A DNA stretch of 64,000 bases, from NCBI GenBank assembly GCA_020352515.1, contig CP070678.1:2345591-2409590 (forward strand). The letters are read 5' to 3'. The translations under genes and the position numbers were made by a program. Under the pieces are notes generated by a model that made no database searches, was not told where the DNA came from, and saw only the letters and a program-made list of their open reading frames with translations. The stretch is from Phycisphaerales bacterium. Its GTDB lineage: Bacteria; Planctomycetota; Phycisphaerae; Sedimentisphaerales; Anaerobacaceae. This document shows positions 47,642-58,147 of the stretch, piece after piece (the stretch's first letter is position 1; every line of letters starts with the position of its first letter).

Positions 47642-49213
47642 CTATTCCACCCTGATCTCATCGCTGACACGGAAGAAGTCGAAGTCCACGAATCCACCTG
47701 CGGTTTTGGTCGCAAAGTTGAACAGCCCGAATCGATAGCCCATGAAGTGCGGCAGAGTGTAGGCCATTTGTAGGACGGAACCGATCTTCGTCCACGTCTT
47801 GCCGTCAAGGCTGTGATAGAAATAGGCCTTGTCTGTACGGTCACGGAAATCACAGTCGATCTTGAGATATACGGTTGGCTGTGTGAGCGCGATGCTCTCG
47901 ACCTCCTCCGGCCGATTGTACCGGGCACTGACCATGATAATCGATTTACTGTCGCCTTCCATCTTGACGCCGACAAAGCCGTAACTCCTTTGTAGGGCGA
48001 TCAGGCCGGCACAGTCACCGTTTTTCATATGGGCGACCTCGATTTTCGTGGTCGCGGAGCTCACCGGGCCAAAGGTCCGCTGGGTCAGCATATTGCGGGC
48101 CCCGAGCACGTCTTTGTCCACCCGTCCGGCGGTCAGGCGCAGGTAGCCGGTGCGTTTGCCGACCGACCAGAAGCGGTTGTCGGGGTTGTGGTTCCACTGC
48201 CACGCCAGGGGCAGCGGCTCGCCGGGCTTTCGATTGAATTCGTCAGAGGCCACGATATTGCCAAGTCCTTCTTCTTTGTCGTCAATATCGAGCGTCATGG
48301 GAGCCTTTCCATCGACACCCAACACCGGCCAGCCGTTCTCCCATCGGACCGGCACCAGCCAGGGATTGCGCCCGACCGATCCGTTGTCCTGGAACAGAAC
48401 GGCATACCACCTGCCGTCCGGGGTGTCTATGAGGCAACCCTGAGCAACCCCCTGGTCATGCAGGATAACCCTGCCCTCATAGGGGCCGGTGATCTTGGCG
48501 TCGCGATGAATAATCTGAGTACGCATATCGCCTCGAGGCCATATGATATTCATGACATAGTACTTGCCATTAATCTTGCGCAGTTGCGAGCCCTCACCCC
48601 TCAAACCAGTATTGCGACCCGCGACGCCAATGGCATTCCTGATCACCACTTCGTTGAAGCCGCCCTCCTTTATGCCCGACAGATCCGGTTCCAACTCTAC
48701 CAGTCGAAGATCGCCGACGCCGTAGAGCATATAGACACGCCCGTCGTCATCGAAGAACAGGGAATGGTCGTGCAATGACGGCTCAAATGAAGTCTCTTCC
48801 CAATCGCCCTTTTCAATGTCCGTGCTTGTGTAGATATGGGTTCGGCCGCTGGTGTTGGAAAACGTGGACACATAGTAGGTGCCTTTGTGGTAACGCAAGC
48901 TGCTGGCCCAGGAGCCACGGCCGTAGCAGTTCCGGCCGTTTTCCAGGTTCATCGCATCGTTTTCGACCAGCCGGTCGTAGGCATAGCCGATCAGTTCCCA
49001 GTTGACCAGATCCTTCGACTTCATGATGGGCAGCCCCGGACTCATGTGCATGGTGGTGCTGCTCATATAATAGGTGTCACCGACACGGATGACCGCAATA
49101 TCCGGAACATCCGCCCAGATGATGGGATTTCGTGCCAATTTAGCCTGAACCGACCCGCCGATAAAAAACGCTACAAATGTCCACACAAGGATATGCCACT
49201 GATACGTCTTCAT
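47642..49213 (-). CDS. GH43 beta-xylosidase/alpha-L-arabinofuranosidase with a C-terminal ConA-like domain
   Basis: The ATG at 49213 gives MKTYQWHILVWTFVAFFIGGSVQA, a signal peptide. NPIIWADVPDIAVIRVGDTYYMSSTT...SKDLVNWELIGYA and EGSQLRKINGKYYV are classic GH43 blades. Confidence 0.85.
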   Translation of the reverse strand: MKTYQWHILVWTFVAFFIGGSVQAKLARNPIIWADVPDIAVIRVGDTYYMSSTTMHMSPGLPIMKSKDLVNWELIGYAYDRLVENDAMNLENGRNCYGRGSWASSLRYHKGTYYVSTFSNTSGRTHIYTSTDIEKGDWEETSFEPSLHDHSLFFDDDGRVYMLYGVGDLRLVELEPDLSGIKEGGFNEVVIRNAIGVAGRNTGLRGEGSQLRKINGKYYVMNIIWPRGDMRTQIIHRDAKITGPYEGRVILHDQGVAQGCLIDTPDGRWYAVLFQDNGSVGRNPWLVPVRWENGWPVLGVDGKAPMTLDIDDKEEGLGNIVASDEFNRKPGEPLPLAWQWNHNPDNRFWSVGKRTGYLRLTAGRVDKDVLGARNMLTQRTFGPVSSATTKIEVAHMKNGDCAGLIALQRSYGFVGVKMEGDSKSIIMVSARYNRPEEVESIALTQPTVYLKIDCDFRDRTDKAYFYHSLDGKTWTKIGSVLQMAYTLPHFMGYRFGLFNFATKTAGGFVDFDFFRVSDEIRVE

Positions 49214-49282
49214 GATAATGTCTCCATTTCTCGGCCCCGGCATTCCAGGAGCAGACTTTCTTGATTCGAGCTCCTTTGCCCC

Positions 49283-50368
49283 CTACTTGCTGGAGCGGTC
49301 CAATTTCAGGAGAGCGAGTCGATAGGGCAACTGGTCGTAGCGCCTTCTAATCGCGGGATCGCGACCTTGATAAAGGAGCTGGAGGTTGTTGGGGTCAATG
49401 GTCGGCGTTTCATCATATCCGTCGCGAAGCAACTCTCCATGGCTGATGTCCCTTGTCCAGGGCGTGACGCCATCTTCGAAGGTAACGTTGTTGATGCCCG
49501 CGAAGGGCGTTTCCCATGAGTCGGCCCCTGGCACGGGTGTCCATTCTCCATCGAGATCGTTGGAGATCCAGGCGCGGTAGTATCTGGCCGGGCTCAAGGC
49601 CTCGATGATGGTCAAATAGGTATCAGTCCCCTTGATCCTGTAGGTCATGCTCCCCTCGAAAAGGTTGTTTCGATCTTCCTGGATGGCAATCTCGACATTG
49701 CCCATGCCCTTGGGGAAGTCCTCGATCTTGGTCCGGCTACGATAGAAGCGACCATTATCACCGGTGAAAAACAGGTAGGCGTGGGTGTCATCGCAGATAA
49801 TATGATAGTCGATCGGAAGCCTCGGCGTGCCCGCAGGTAGTCTGTCAAAGAAGTTCTGCGGGGCTGTCCAGGTTTCGGGCTTGGAGATGTCATCGGTAGT
49901 GGAATACTGGGGCTGTTGCGACTGAAAGACCAGGTACCACTTCTTGTGTGGGGTGAAATAAAAAAGGTGCGGTGCGCAGTGATAGCTGCGCAGATTCGGA
50001 TTGTTGTCAATGTAATAGGGTTCGGCGTCAGCGGCATCCGACCAATCCGCAAAGCTGAGATAGACCATGCTCCAATTGCCTCGAGTATTGGCGGTGGTTG
50101 CATAGATGTGCCATTGGTTGTCGTAACGGACAATCGTTGGGTCTTTAACGGACACGATGTTGTGCGTTTCATCGGACACCGGCTTGATCAGCACACCAGT
50201 AGATTTCCACTGCAGCGGGGTGGCGAATGGTAGTGTGGGAGCGTCCGCACGTACCGTTGACGACGTAGCGGGCTGCGTCTGGGTGGTTGACTCGGCCGCA
50301 AGGATTGCAGGGGAGCTGCCGGCCAGCAGCATCGAGACAGCAAGACGGGTAAGCATGGATTTGTCCAT
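49283..50368 (-). CDS. GH62 alpha-L-arabinofuranosidase
   Basis: The ATG at 50368 gives MDKSMLTRLAVSMLLAGSSPAILA, a signal peptide. WKSTGVLIKP..VKDPTIVRYDNQWHIYAT..YLSFADWS..APHLFYFTPHKKWYLVFQ..YSTTDDISKP..LFEGSMTYRIKG..WTRDISHGELLR..LLYQG..LPYRLALL is collinear with actinobacterial GH62 sequences as I recall them. Confidence 0.8.
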   Translation of the reverse strand: MDKSMLTRLAVSMLLAGSSPAILAAESTTQTQPATSSTVRADAPTLPFATPLQWKSTGVLIKPVSDETHNIVSVKDPTIVRYDNQWHIYATTANTRGNWSMVYLSFADWSDAADAEPYYIDNNPNLRSYHCAPHLFYFTPHKKWYLVFQSQQPQYSTTDDISKPETWTAPQNFFDRLPAGTPRLPIDYHIICDDTHAYLFFTGDNGRFYRSRTKIEDFPKGMGNVEIAIQEDRNNLFEGSMTYRIKGTDTYLTIIEALSPARYYRAWISNDLDGEWTPVPGADSWETPFAGINNVTFEDGVTPWTRDISHGELLRDGYDETPTIDPNNLQLLYQGRDPAIRRRYDQLPYRLALLKLDRSSK

Positions 50369-50558
50369 CGGTCGGCCTTTCGACGGCAGTGATTCATTTT
50401 GGTAAGGCAAGGAGATTCAGATTCATACTTAAATCCTGATAGTTGAAACTCTAATTTCTACACACTTTCAAAATGGAACTGTTCGAATTTCAGAAGCTTT
50501 GCGAGTTTAATGATTTATCGTGCATGCGACCATTGTACCGCCGTGCGTGTAGATGTAG

Positions 50559-51962
<1,404 letters not shown>

Positions 51963-51973
51963 AAGGTCTATAT

Positions 51974-54900
51974 ATGAGCACAAAGGCAAACGAAGAAAGA
52001 CTGTTGAGGAAGTGTCTTAAGGGCGATTCGGACGCGTTCGGGCTCATTGTTGCGAAGTACCAGGGACTTGTTTGCGCGATCACCTACAGCGGAACCGTGG
52101 ACGTTCAGGGAAGCGAGGAACTGGCCCACCAAACCTTCGTCGAGGCGTGGAACAAACTCTCGCAGCTAAGAGATCTTTCGAGGTTCCGTCCCTGGCTGTG
52201 CACAATAGCCCGTAATCGTGTGAAGTCTTTCATGAGAGACAAGCGCCGGGATATTCTGCGGAAATCCAAACCTATGGAACATGTAGACGGTAACTCAATC
52301 GATGCGCCGGGTCCGTTAGAATCGGCTATAAAGAAAGAACATATCGAACTCGTCGATGCGGCGATCGGACAGATTCGGGAACGATACCGAGCGCCTCTGG
52401 TGCTCTATTATCGGGAGCAGCAGTCGGTCGAGCGGGTGGCAGAGTTGCTTGATTTGTCGGAAGAGATCGTCAAGAAACGTCTGCAGCGGGCCCGCAAGAT
52501 GATGAAGGAGAAACTCAGCTCCATCGTCGAGGAGACCCTTTCGGCTACAGGACCAAAGCGGGCGTTTACGACGGCGGTGGTGGCGTCGGTGGCCGGGTTG
52601 GCTGTCAAGGGTTCCGGTGTCGCTGCGGCGGCGGGCATTGCAGGGGCCTGGTCCGGAGGCAAGATCTCGGCGCTGGCGACCTTCGTAACGAGTGGAATGA
52701 AGGCCAACGCTGTCGCAGCAGTGGCGGCCTTCGTCGTCGGCGTGGGAGCAGCAGTCACGTATAAGCAGATTACCGAACCGAGGGGAGGGGGGGATTCTCT
52801 TGAGACCGTAAGTACGGTACAGGCGACAAAGGGAGGACGCGACGGGTTCGGAGAAGAGGGGGTTGCAGAAGTCGGTGACAATACGTTGAAGCGGTCGGCT
52901 GGTGAAGCAAGCAATGGGGATCTCGAAAATAAGCCGCTGGCAAGTGATAGTGAGTCGGCAAGGGTCAGGCCGCCACAGGGGCCGGGCGGGTTCTTGCTTT
53001 CTGGCGTGGTAAGCGATGTCGATACGGGCAGACCGATTAAGGGGGCGCGGGTTGAAGACGACAATTATCGTGGGAATGAAGGGGCTGTGTGCGGCTCGAA
53101 CGGTGCTTTTGATTACTGGACATGGCCGAAGGAGCATTTTGTGAAGGCTTCGGCGGTGGGTTACGAGTCGAAGCGCGTGCTTTTCAGGCCGAGCCTCATG
53201 GGCCACGACATGTCCGGCCGGTTGCGATTCAAACTCAAACGGGTCAAGCGGCTGGAATACGGTCTGCGGGCTGTGAAGGAGGTGTGGCAATACGGTGAGT
53301 TTCCTGCCTTTGTTCTTGATGTGCGCAATGTCAGCAGCCTGAAGGGTGTGGTGGGGCAGCTGAACTTGCGTGCTGACGGGTCCCGACGGACGGGCAAATC
53401 TTTCGGTGCTCTTCGTCTGTTGTTCGGCGGCAATGATAGAAAGGGGTTCAACCCGAACATTGAGTACTATCCGGTGTTTACCGAGCCTTACGACGGGCCG
53501 ATCGAAGTGGGGGCCGGCGAGCATGTGAGCCTTGAGTTTGAGATGACGGGTCTTTCCGAGAATTATTCTTTGGACCGGCAAGAACCGCTCAAGCCCGGGC
53601 GATATGCGGTCGGTATGGGCCACTTCGGCGGAGCTGGCAAGCCGGTGTTCTCAACCAATATCGTCGATGTGGAGGTCCTGCCGGCGGGCGTTGCCACCCG
53701 GGATGAACTGGCGGCGTATTTGACGCCGTCTGAGGCCAACGGGGTGAAGATTGAGGCCGGTTTTGTGCCGAACAAGACTGAGATTGTCCTTGGTGAGCCG
53801 ATATTCGCCACGTTCATGGTGAAGAATCATGGAGACGAGCCCTTTACCTACGCATTCGGCGGTGACTATCGCGGTACGGGGCGCCACGACCGCTTCAAGA
53901 TCAACGTCGTGGATTCGGCAGGTAATCAACTGCCAGATCCCAAGGCCGGCCCTGACGGTTTTGTCATGTTTGGGGGTGGAATATCAATGAGCCGTACCGC
54001 TCATCCCAATGATGTGGCGAGCGAGAAGGTGAATTTGCTCGATTTCAGGAAGATACAGAGCCCCGGGGTTTACGCGGTGACATGCGGTTTTGTATTGAAC
54101 AAAGCCTGGCATACTTCCACCGGCGAGTCCGACATTCCCGTCAAGACGAGCTACGAATTGACGGTCCTAGCTCGCACGCCCGTCAATGTGCAGCGTGTGA
54201 TAGAGGAACTTCTGGTCAAGGCCCGGCAAAGGCGTGGGTGGGCACTGCAGGCTGTCATCAACGAACTGTGTTCGTTTGGAGGCGAAGCTGCAGCACCGGG
54301 TCTGATTAAAATGGCAGGGGGTGGGGATACTGAGCACCGTATTGCCGCCATCACGGGTTTGGGGCGGATCCCTGCGGACGAATCGTTGGTTGCGTTGGTC
54401 GCGGGCGCGCGCGATCCGGAGTTGTCAATCCGTCTTGCGGCGCTTAAATCGCTCGGCTCGTTCGCATCGGCCGAAGCCGTGGCCGTGGTGGTTGCGGCCC
54501 TGGGCGATCCGAACGAGGCGATTCGCAGGCAGGCGGCTGAGAGTCTGGGTCGTATGAAGACCGACACGGCCATTGACGCACTGGCGGCAGTGTTGCCGGA
54601 ATCCGAACCTAAAGTCGCGGCATCGATCTTGCGGGCGATGGGCCGGACGAAATCGCCGCGTGTATTCTCAGCTATGGTCGAGTCGCTTAGGAGCAAGCAC
54701 AGTGAGTGTCGCTATGCCGCTGTCGACGGGGTCGTGGCATTTGGCGGAAAAGACGCGATCGCGGCGTTGAAGGCTTGTGTTGACGGCAGCGATGTCGATG
54801 TCAACGATATGGATCTTCGTGAAACGATAGTCGCGAAGTTGGCCGAATCGCTGAGTCAGCCGATTGATGCCGAATGGCTTACGCCCGTGATCTGCTCACG

Positions 54901-55624
54901 TCGGCATGCGCGTTCATTAGGCGATGCGCCCCGGCTGCTTCGTTTATATACCGGTGAAAAGGCGGCGCCGGCGTTGCTGAACTGTCTTGATTTTGAAGAC
55001 CCGTCCATAAGAAGCTACTACAACGGCCAGATCATCTATTACCAGGGCGTTTGCAAGGGCGGCTTGCGGATACCGTGGCACTACGACTTGAACCGCGACG
55101 GCACCGCGGAGGAATTGGAGCAGAACCGCCGGACGCTGGAGAAGATCGATGCGTGGATCTATCATTATTATGAGCATCGGATGCAGGAGAAGTCGGGGCC
55201 GCAGTATCCGGATACGTGGGGCGAACCGGTCGACGAGATCAGTATCCGTATTCGAGTAAATCAGCGCGTGTGGCCCGAAGGGATGCCGCAACCGATTTGG
55301 ATCGACGTGAGGAGTCATCCCGGCGAAGGCTCAGTAAACCTCTCGGGCGTTCCGGACGTCTTTGAAGTGGAGATCAACGGTGCATGGTATGTGCGTCGGC
55401 CGGCGTTGAAAGGGCCGACGATGGGGATCGCCGCGGGTCACGGCTCAGGCTTTGGCAACCTGCACCTGGATGAGAAATGGTGTCGCAAATCCGACGATGA
55501 GGCACTTCACCTCACGCCGGGAAAGTATGTGCTGCGAGTCGGTTTGAGCATTACTCCGGCAGATCGTCGCAGCGGCCTGGCAATGAGCCAACAGGTTCAG
55601 ATCGAGGTTATCGGGGTGAAATAG
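51974..55624 (+). CDS. ECF sigma-70 factor fused to a transmembrane segment cluster and a ~950-aa C-terminal region with CarboxypepD_reg-like and HEAT-repeat domains
   Basis: Residues 1-190 contain sigma region 2 (FGLIVAKYQGLVCAITY...LAHQTFVEAW...RPWLCTIARNR) and a region 4 HTH (LVLYYREQQSVERVAELLDLSEEIVKKRLQRARK). Residues ~197-262 are Ala/Val/Gly-rich hydrophobic segments. LLSGVVSDVDTGRPIKGARV follows. HEAT-like repeats lie at ~54330-54780 (DPELSIRLAALKSLG, DPNEAIRRQAAESLG). Confidence 0.8.
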   Translation: MSTKANEERLLRKCLKGDSDAFGLIVAKYQGLVCAITYSGTVDVQGSEELAHQTFVEAWNKLSQLRDLSRFRPWLCTIARNRVKSFMRDKRRDILRKSKPMEHVDGNSIDAPGPLESAIKKEHIELVDAAIGQIRERYRAPLVLYYREQQSVERVAELLDLSEEIVKKRLQRARKMMKEKLSSIVEETLSATGPKRAFTTAVVASVAGLAVKGSGVAAAAGIAGAWSGGKISALATFVTSGMKANAVAAVAAFVVGVGAAVTYKQITEPRGGGDSLETVSTVQATKGGRDGFGEEGVAEVGDNTLKRSAGEASNGDLENKPLASDSESARVRPPQGPGGFLLSGVVSDVDTGRPIKGARVEDDNYRGNEGAVCGSNGAFDYWTWPKEHFVKASAVGYESKRVLFRPSLMGHDMSGRLRFKLKRVKRLEYGLRAVKEVWQYGEFPAFVLDVRNVSSLKGVVGQLNLRADGSRRTGKSFGALRLLFGGNDRKGFNPNIEYYPVFTEPYDGPIEVGAGEHVSLEFEMTGLSENYSLDRQEPLKPGRYAVGMGHFGGAGKPVFSTNIVDVEVLPAGVATRDELAAYLTPSEANGVKIEAGFVPNKTEIVLGEPIFATFMVKNHGDEPFTYAFGGDYRGTGRHDRFKINVVDSAGNQLPDPKAGPDGFVMFGGGISMSRTAHPNDVASEKVNLLDFRKIQSPGVYAVTCGFVLNKAWHTSTGESDIPVKTSYELTVLARTPVNVQRVIEELLVKARQRRGWALQAVINELCSFGGEAAAPGLIKMAGGGDTEHRIAAITGLGRIPADESLVALVAGARDPELSIRLAALKSLGSFASAEAVAVVVAALGDPNEAIRRQAAESLGRMKTDTAIDALAAVLPESEPKVAASILRAMGRTKSPRVFSAMVESLRSKHSECRYAAVDGVVAFGGKDAIAALKACVDGSDVDVNDMDLRETIVAKLAESLSQPIDAEWLTPVICSRRHARSLGDAPRLLRLYTGEKAAPALLNCLDFEDPSIRSYYNGQIIYYQGVCKGGLRIPWHYDLNRDGTAEELEQNRRTLEKIDAWIYHYYEHRMQEKSGPQYPDTWGEPVDEISIRIRVNQRVWPEGMPQPIWIDVRSHPGEGSVNLSGVPDVFEVEINGAWYVRRPALKGPTMGIAAGHGSGFGNLHLDEKWCRKSDDEALHLTPGKYVLRVGLSITPADRRSGLAMSQQVQIEVIGVK

Positions 55625-55776
55625 ACTATATTATGAATGCAGATGGAAGTGGACAGAAGAACTTGACAAATGATCCTGCTGATGATATCGGGGACGTCCT
55701 GGCTGCCGCTTACGACAAACTGTTCATAGTCAACAGGAATGGAAGCGTCGAGTGCCGGGGCGCAAGTTCCCAATAG
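55612..55776 (+). pseudogene. Single-blade fragment of a PD40/TolB-like beta-propeller protein
   Basis: GEIDYIMNADGSGQKNLTNDPADDIG...DKLFIVNRNGS matches one PD40 repeat. It is an isolated 47-codon ORF directly after the sigma-fusion stop codon. Confidence 0.4.
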
Positions 55777-55824
55777 CAGGCATGTGCTTGAAGATGGTGC
55801 AGAGAACAGGAGGCATCGAATACT

Positions 55825-55986
55825 CTATGAAGCCATGCCGACCACATCAATCAGCTCATCGACAGCCTTTTCGGTGTTGCAGATCAGCTCCGGAAACGGC
55901 AGCAGCAATTGGCCGTCCCTGCTCAGAAATTCGGTGATTTTTCGGCTGTCGCTCCCTATGGCGATTTGATATGATTGCGTCTGCAT
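55825..55986 (-). pseudogene. N-terminal fragment of a transposase-like gene (family uncertain, possibly ISKra4/ISNCY-like)
   Basis: AAGGAG lies 5 nt before the ATG at 55986. The 53 codons read MQTQSYQIAIGSDSRKITEFLSRDGQLLLPFPELICNTEKAVDELIDVVGMAS, then a stop, then SIRCLLFSA in frame. This resembles the ...ELI....AIDELIDV.GRASIEAVLL.SA N-termini of a transposase family that I recall only imprecisely. Confidence 0.3.
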
Positions 55987-56507
55987 GACTGCTCCTTTCA
56001 AAATTGTCTCAAACGGTTTTCATGGCCCGATTCTACACAGAACCGGACCGGAGTAGCCATTGCCCTTTTTCAACCTACAACTATGGACGGGACATGGCCC
56101 TCCACCACCGGTGCCCGGCGCCACAGCGGCCTTGTCCGGCCCGGGCTGAATCGACCGCCTGGAAATACAACGGTTCCTTCGTCGCGTTGAACTGTGCGAA
56201 CTGATGCACAGTGCCAGCGGGCCGGGAAATACATGCGATCACACGTTTTTCAGTCGTCGCATGTTTGCTTTTCCGAGTCTTAATTGATATAGGCGGGCGA
56301 GCTGCCGTAAGCCGTTCGCCAGGCTGTGGTGAACAGATTTTGTCTTTTTCGGGAATTGGCCGGCGAGGAGGGGACATCTTGTTGAGGATACAACTTTTTG
56401 TCAGGGTTTTTAAGCCTTCTTGAGTTATGTTTGAAAAAGAGGACTTTCTCCGGGGAGGCTGTGTGCAGGTCCCGCGCGAAAACGGGCAATGGCGAGGTGT
56501 TTTTCAC

Positions 56508-56535
56508 TTGACGTTTCCGGCGTTTGTGGTATAGT
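56508..56535 (+). promoter_or_regulatory. Candidate promoter of the sulfatase-RCC1 operon
   Basis: TTGACG (56508-13), a 16-nt spacer, then TATAGT (56530-35), ~130 nt upstream of the ATG at 56668. Pattern only. Confidence 0.35.
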
Positions 56536-56667
56536 AATACCTGGTCACGGAGGAGAGGTGAGGTTCTTCTCCGAATCATGGAAAACGAGCGGCGAGGAGT
56601 GCTGCTTCGGAAATTGCAAGGCTTGAATTTCATTGGATTCAATCCTTGGGAAAATGTGAGGATACTT

Positions 56668-58146
56668 ATGTACAGTCGAAGGGATTTCTTAAAACATGCG
56701 GCACTCGGAGCAGCCGCGTTTTACGGACTGCCTGCAAGACGGGTATTCGGTGATCCGCCGGTTTCAACTCTGAACGTGTCGCAGCGGCCTAACTTCCTCT
56801 TCTTCTTCCTCGATGACATGCGCTGGGACGCAGCTGGGTTCACGGGCAACTCGGTCGTCACCACGCCCCACATGGACGGCATTGCAGATCAAGGAACCAT
56901 CTTCGAGAACGCTTTCACTACCACTTCGATCTGCGGGCCGAGTCGCGCCAGCGTCTTCATGGGCCAGCACACGGCGCGCCACGGAGTCACAACTGTCCAA
57001 AAGGGAACGTACACGGCTGAGCAGTGGGCGAACTCCTACCCGGCCCAACTGGACGCCAACGGCTACTACATGGGATTTATCGGCAAGCACGGGCACTGCG
57101 ACGGCTTCACCGGGCTCTTCGGCACGTACGATTTCAACAAGGGCTACGACCGTCAGGGATCCTACTTTGGCCAGGTCATCGATGGCGAGTCCGCCAACGG
57201 CCGCCACCTGACCCGCTTCCTCGGCGATCTCGCCATCGAGTTTTTGAGAGATGCGGCGGACCCCGCCAAGAATCCCACCCGGGCGCCCTTCTGCCTCCAG
57301 ATCAGCTTCAAGTCGCCGCACGTGCAGGACGACAGCGGCGGCGGCTCCTTTCTGCCCGACCCCGCTTACGACCGGCTCTACGCCGGCGATGCCATCGAAC
57401 ACGCCAAGACCGACACGCAGGCGCAGTTCGACGCCCTCCCGCCCTTCTTCCAGGCGGCCGGCGCCGCTGGCACCAGCCGATGGGTCGGGCGTTTTGGCGC
57501 CGAGACAAAATTCCAGGATAATGTCAAGAAGTATTACCGTCTAATCCACGGCGTCGACGTACAGATCGGCCGCATCCTCGGCGCCCTCGACGATCCGGAC
57601 GGGGACGGCGACCATAGTGACAGCGTGCGGAACAACACCGTCATCATCCTCGGATCGGACAACGGTTTCTTCCTCGGGGAGCGACACCAGGCGGGGAAGT
57701 GGTACATTCAGGAGGAGTCCATCCGGATTCCACTGGCGATTCATGATCCGCGGCTGCCCGCCACCCTTCACGGCCAGCGCGTGACCCAGATGGCGCTCAA
57801 CCTTGATATTCCCGCCACCATCCTCGACTATGCCGGGGTTTCCCAGCCTGCGGTCATGCAGGGGCGTTCCCTGCGTGCCATCGTGGAGGGCTCCGCGCCG
57901 GCCGACTGGCGCACCGCATTCCTCCACGATCATCCCGCAGTGGGCAGCACGGTGTTCAAGAACGAAGGTGTGCGGACCGAGTCCTTCAGCTACACCCGCT
58001 ACCCGAATAACGGCAACGCAAAGCAGCTTTACGATGTGACGGTCGATCCCTACCAGCGAACCAATCTTGCAAATGACCCCCGATACGCCTCGAAGGTGGC
58101 AGAGATGGACGCCCTGACCACGCAACTGAAAGCAGAGGCGAGTTGA
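56668..58146 (+). CDS. Tat-exported Cys-type sulfatase
   Basis: The start is moved to the ATG at 56668, giving MYSRRDFLKHAALGAAAF, a twin-arginine signal. NFLFFFLDDMRWD and the formylglycine motif SICGPSRASVFMG are present. Confidence 0.85.
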   Translation: MYSRRDFLKHAALGAAAFYGLPARRVFGDPPVSTLNVSQRPNFLFFFLDDMRWDAAGFTGNSVVTTPHMDGIADQGTIFENAFTTTSICGPSRASVFMGQHTARHGVTTVQKGTYTAEQWANSYPAQLDANGYYMGFIGKHGHCDGFTGLFGTYDFNKGYDRQGSYFGQVIDGESANGRHLTRFLGDLAIEFLRDAADPAKNPTRAPFCLQISFKSPHVQDDSGGGSFLPDPAYDRLYAGDAIEHAKTDTQAQFDALPPFFQAAGAAGTSRWVGRFGAETKFQDNVKKYYRLIHGVDVQIGRILGALDDPDGDGDHSDSVRNNTVIILGSDNGFFLGERHQAGKWYIQEESIRIPLAIHDPRLPATLHGQRVTQMALNLDIPATILDYAGVSQPAVMQGRSLRAIVEGSAPADWRTAFLHDHPAVGSTVFKNEGVRTESFSYTRYPNNGNAKQLYDVTVDPYQRTNLANDPRYASKVAEMDALTTQLKAEAS

Positions 58147-58147
58147 G

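Noticed and set aside
52316-53623. A 435-aa minus-strand ORF inside the sigma-fusion gene
   Set aside because: It is an antisense shadow ORF. The plus-strand frame carries the sigma regions 2 and 4 and is continuous for 1216 codons.
56280-56642. A 120-aa minus-strand ORF and other 60-98-aa ORFs in the 55.99-56.67 kb gap
   Set aside because: They are basic and low-complexity, and they lack an RBS and motifs. The gap is better explained as degraded DNA plus the sulfatase promoter and leader.
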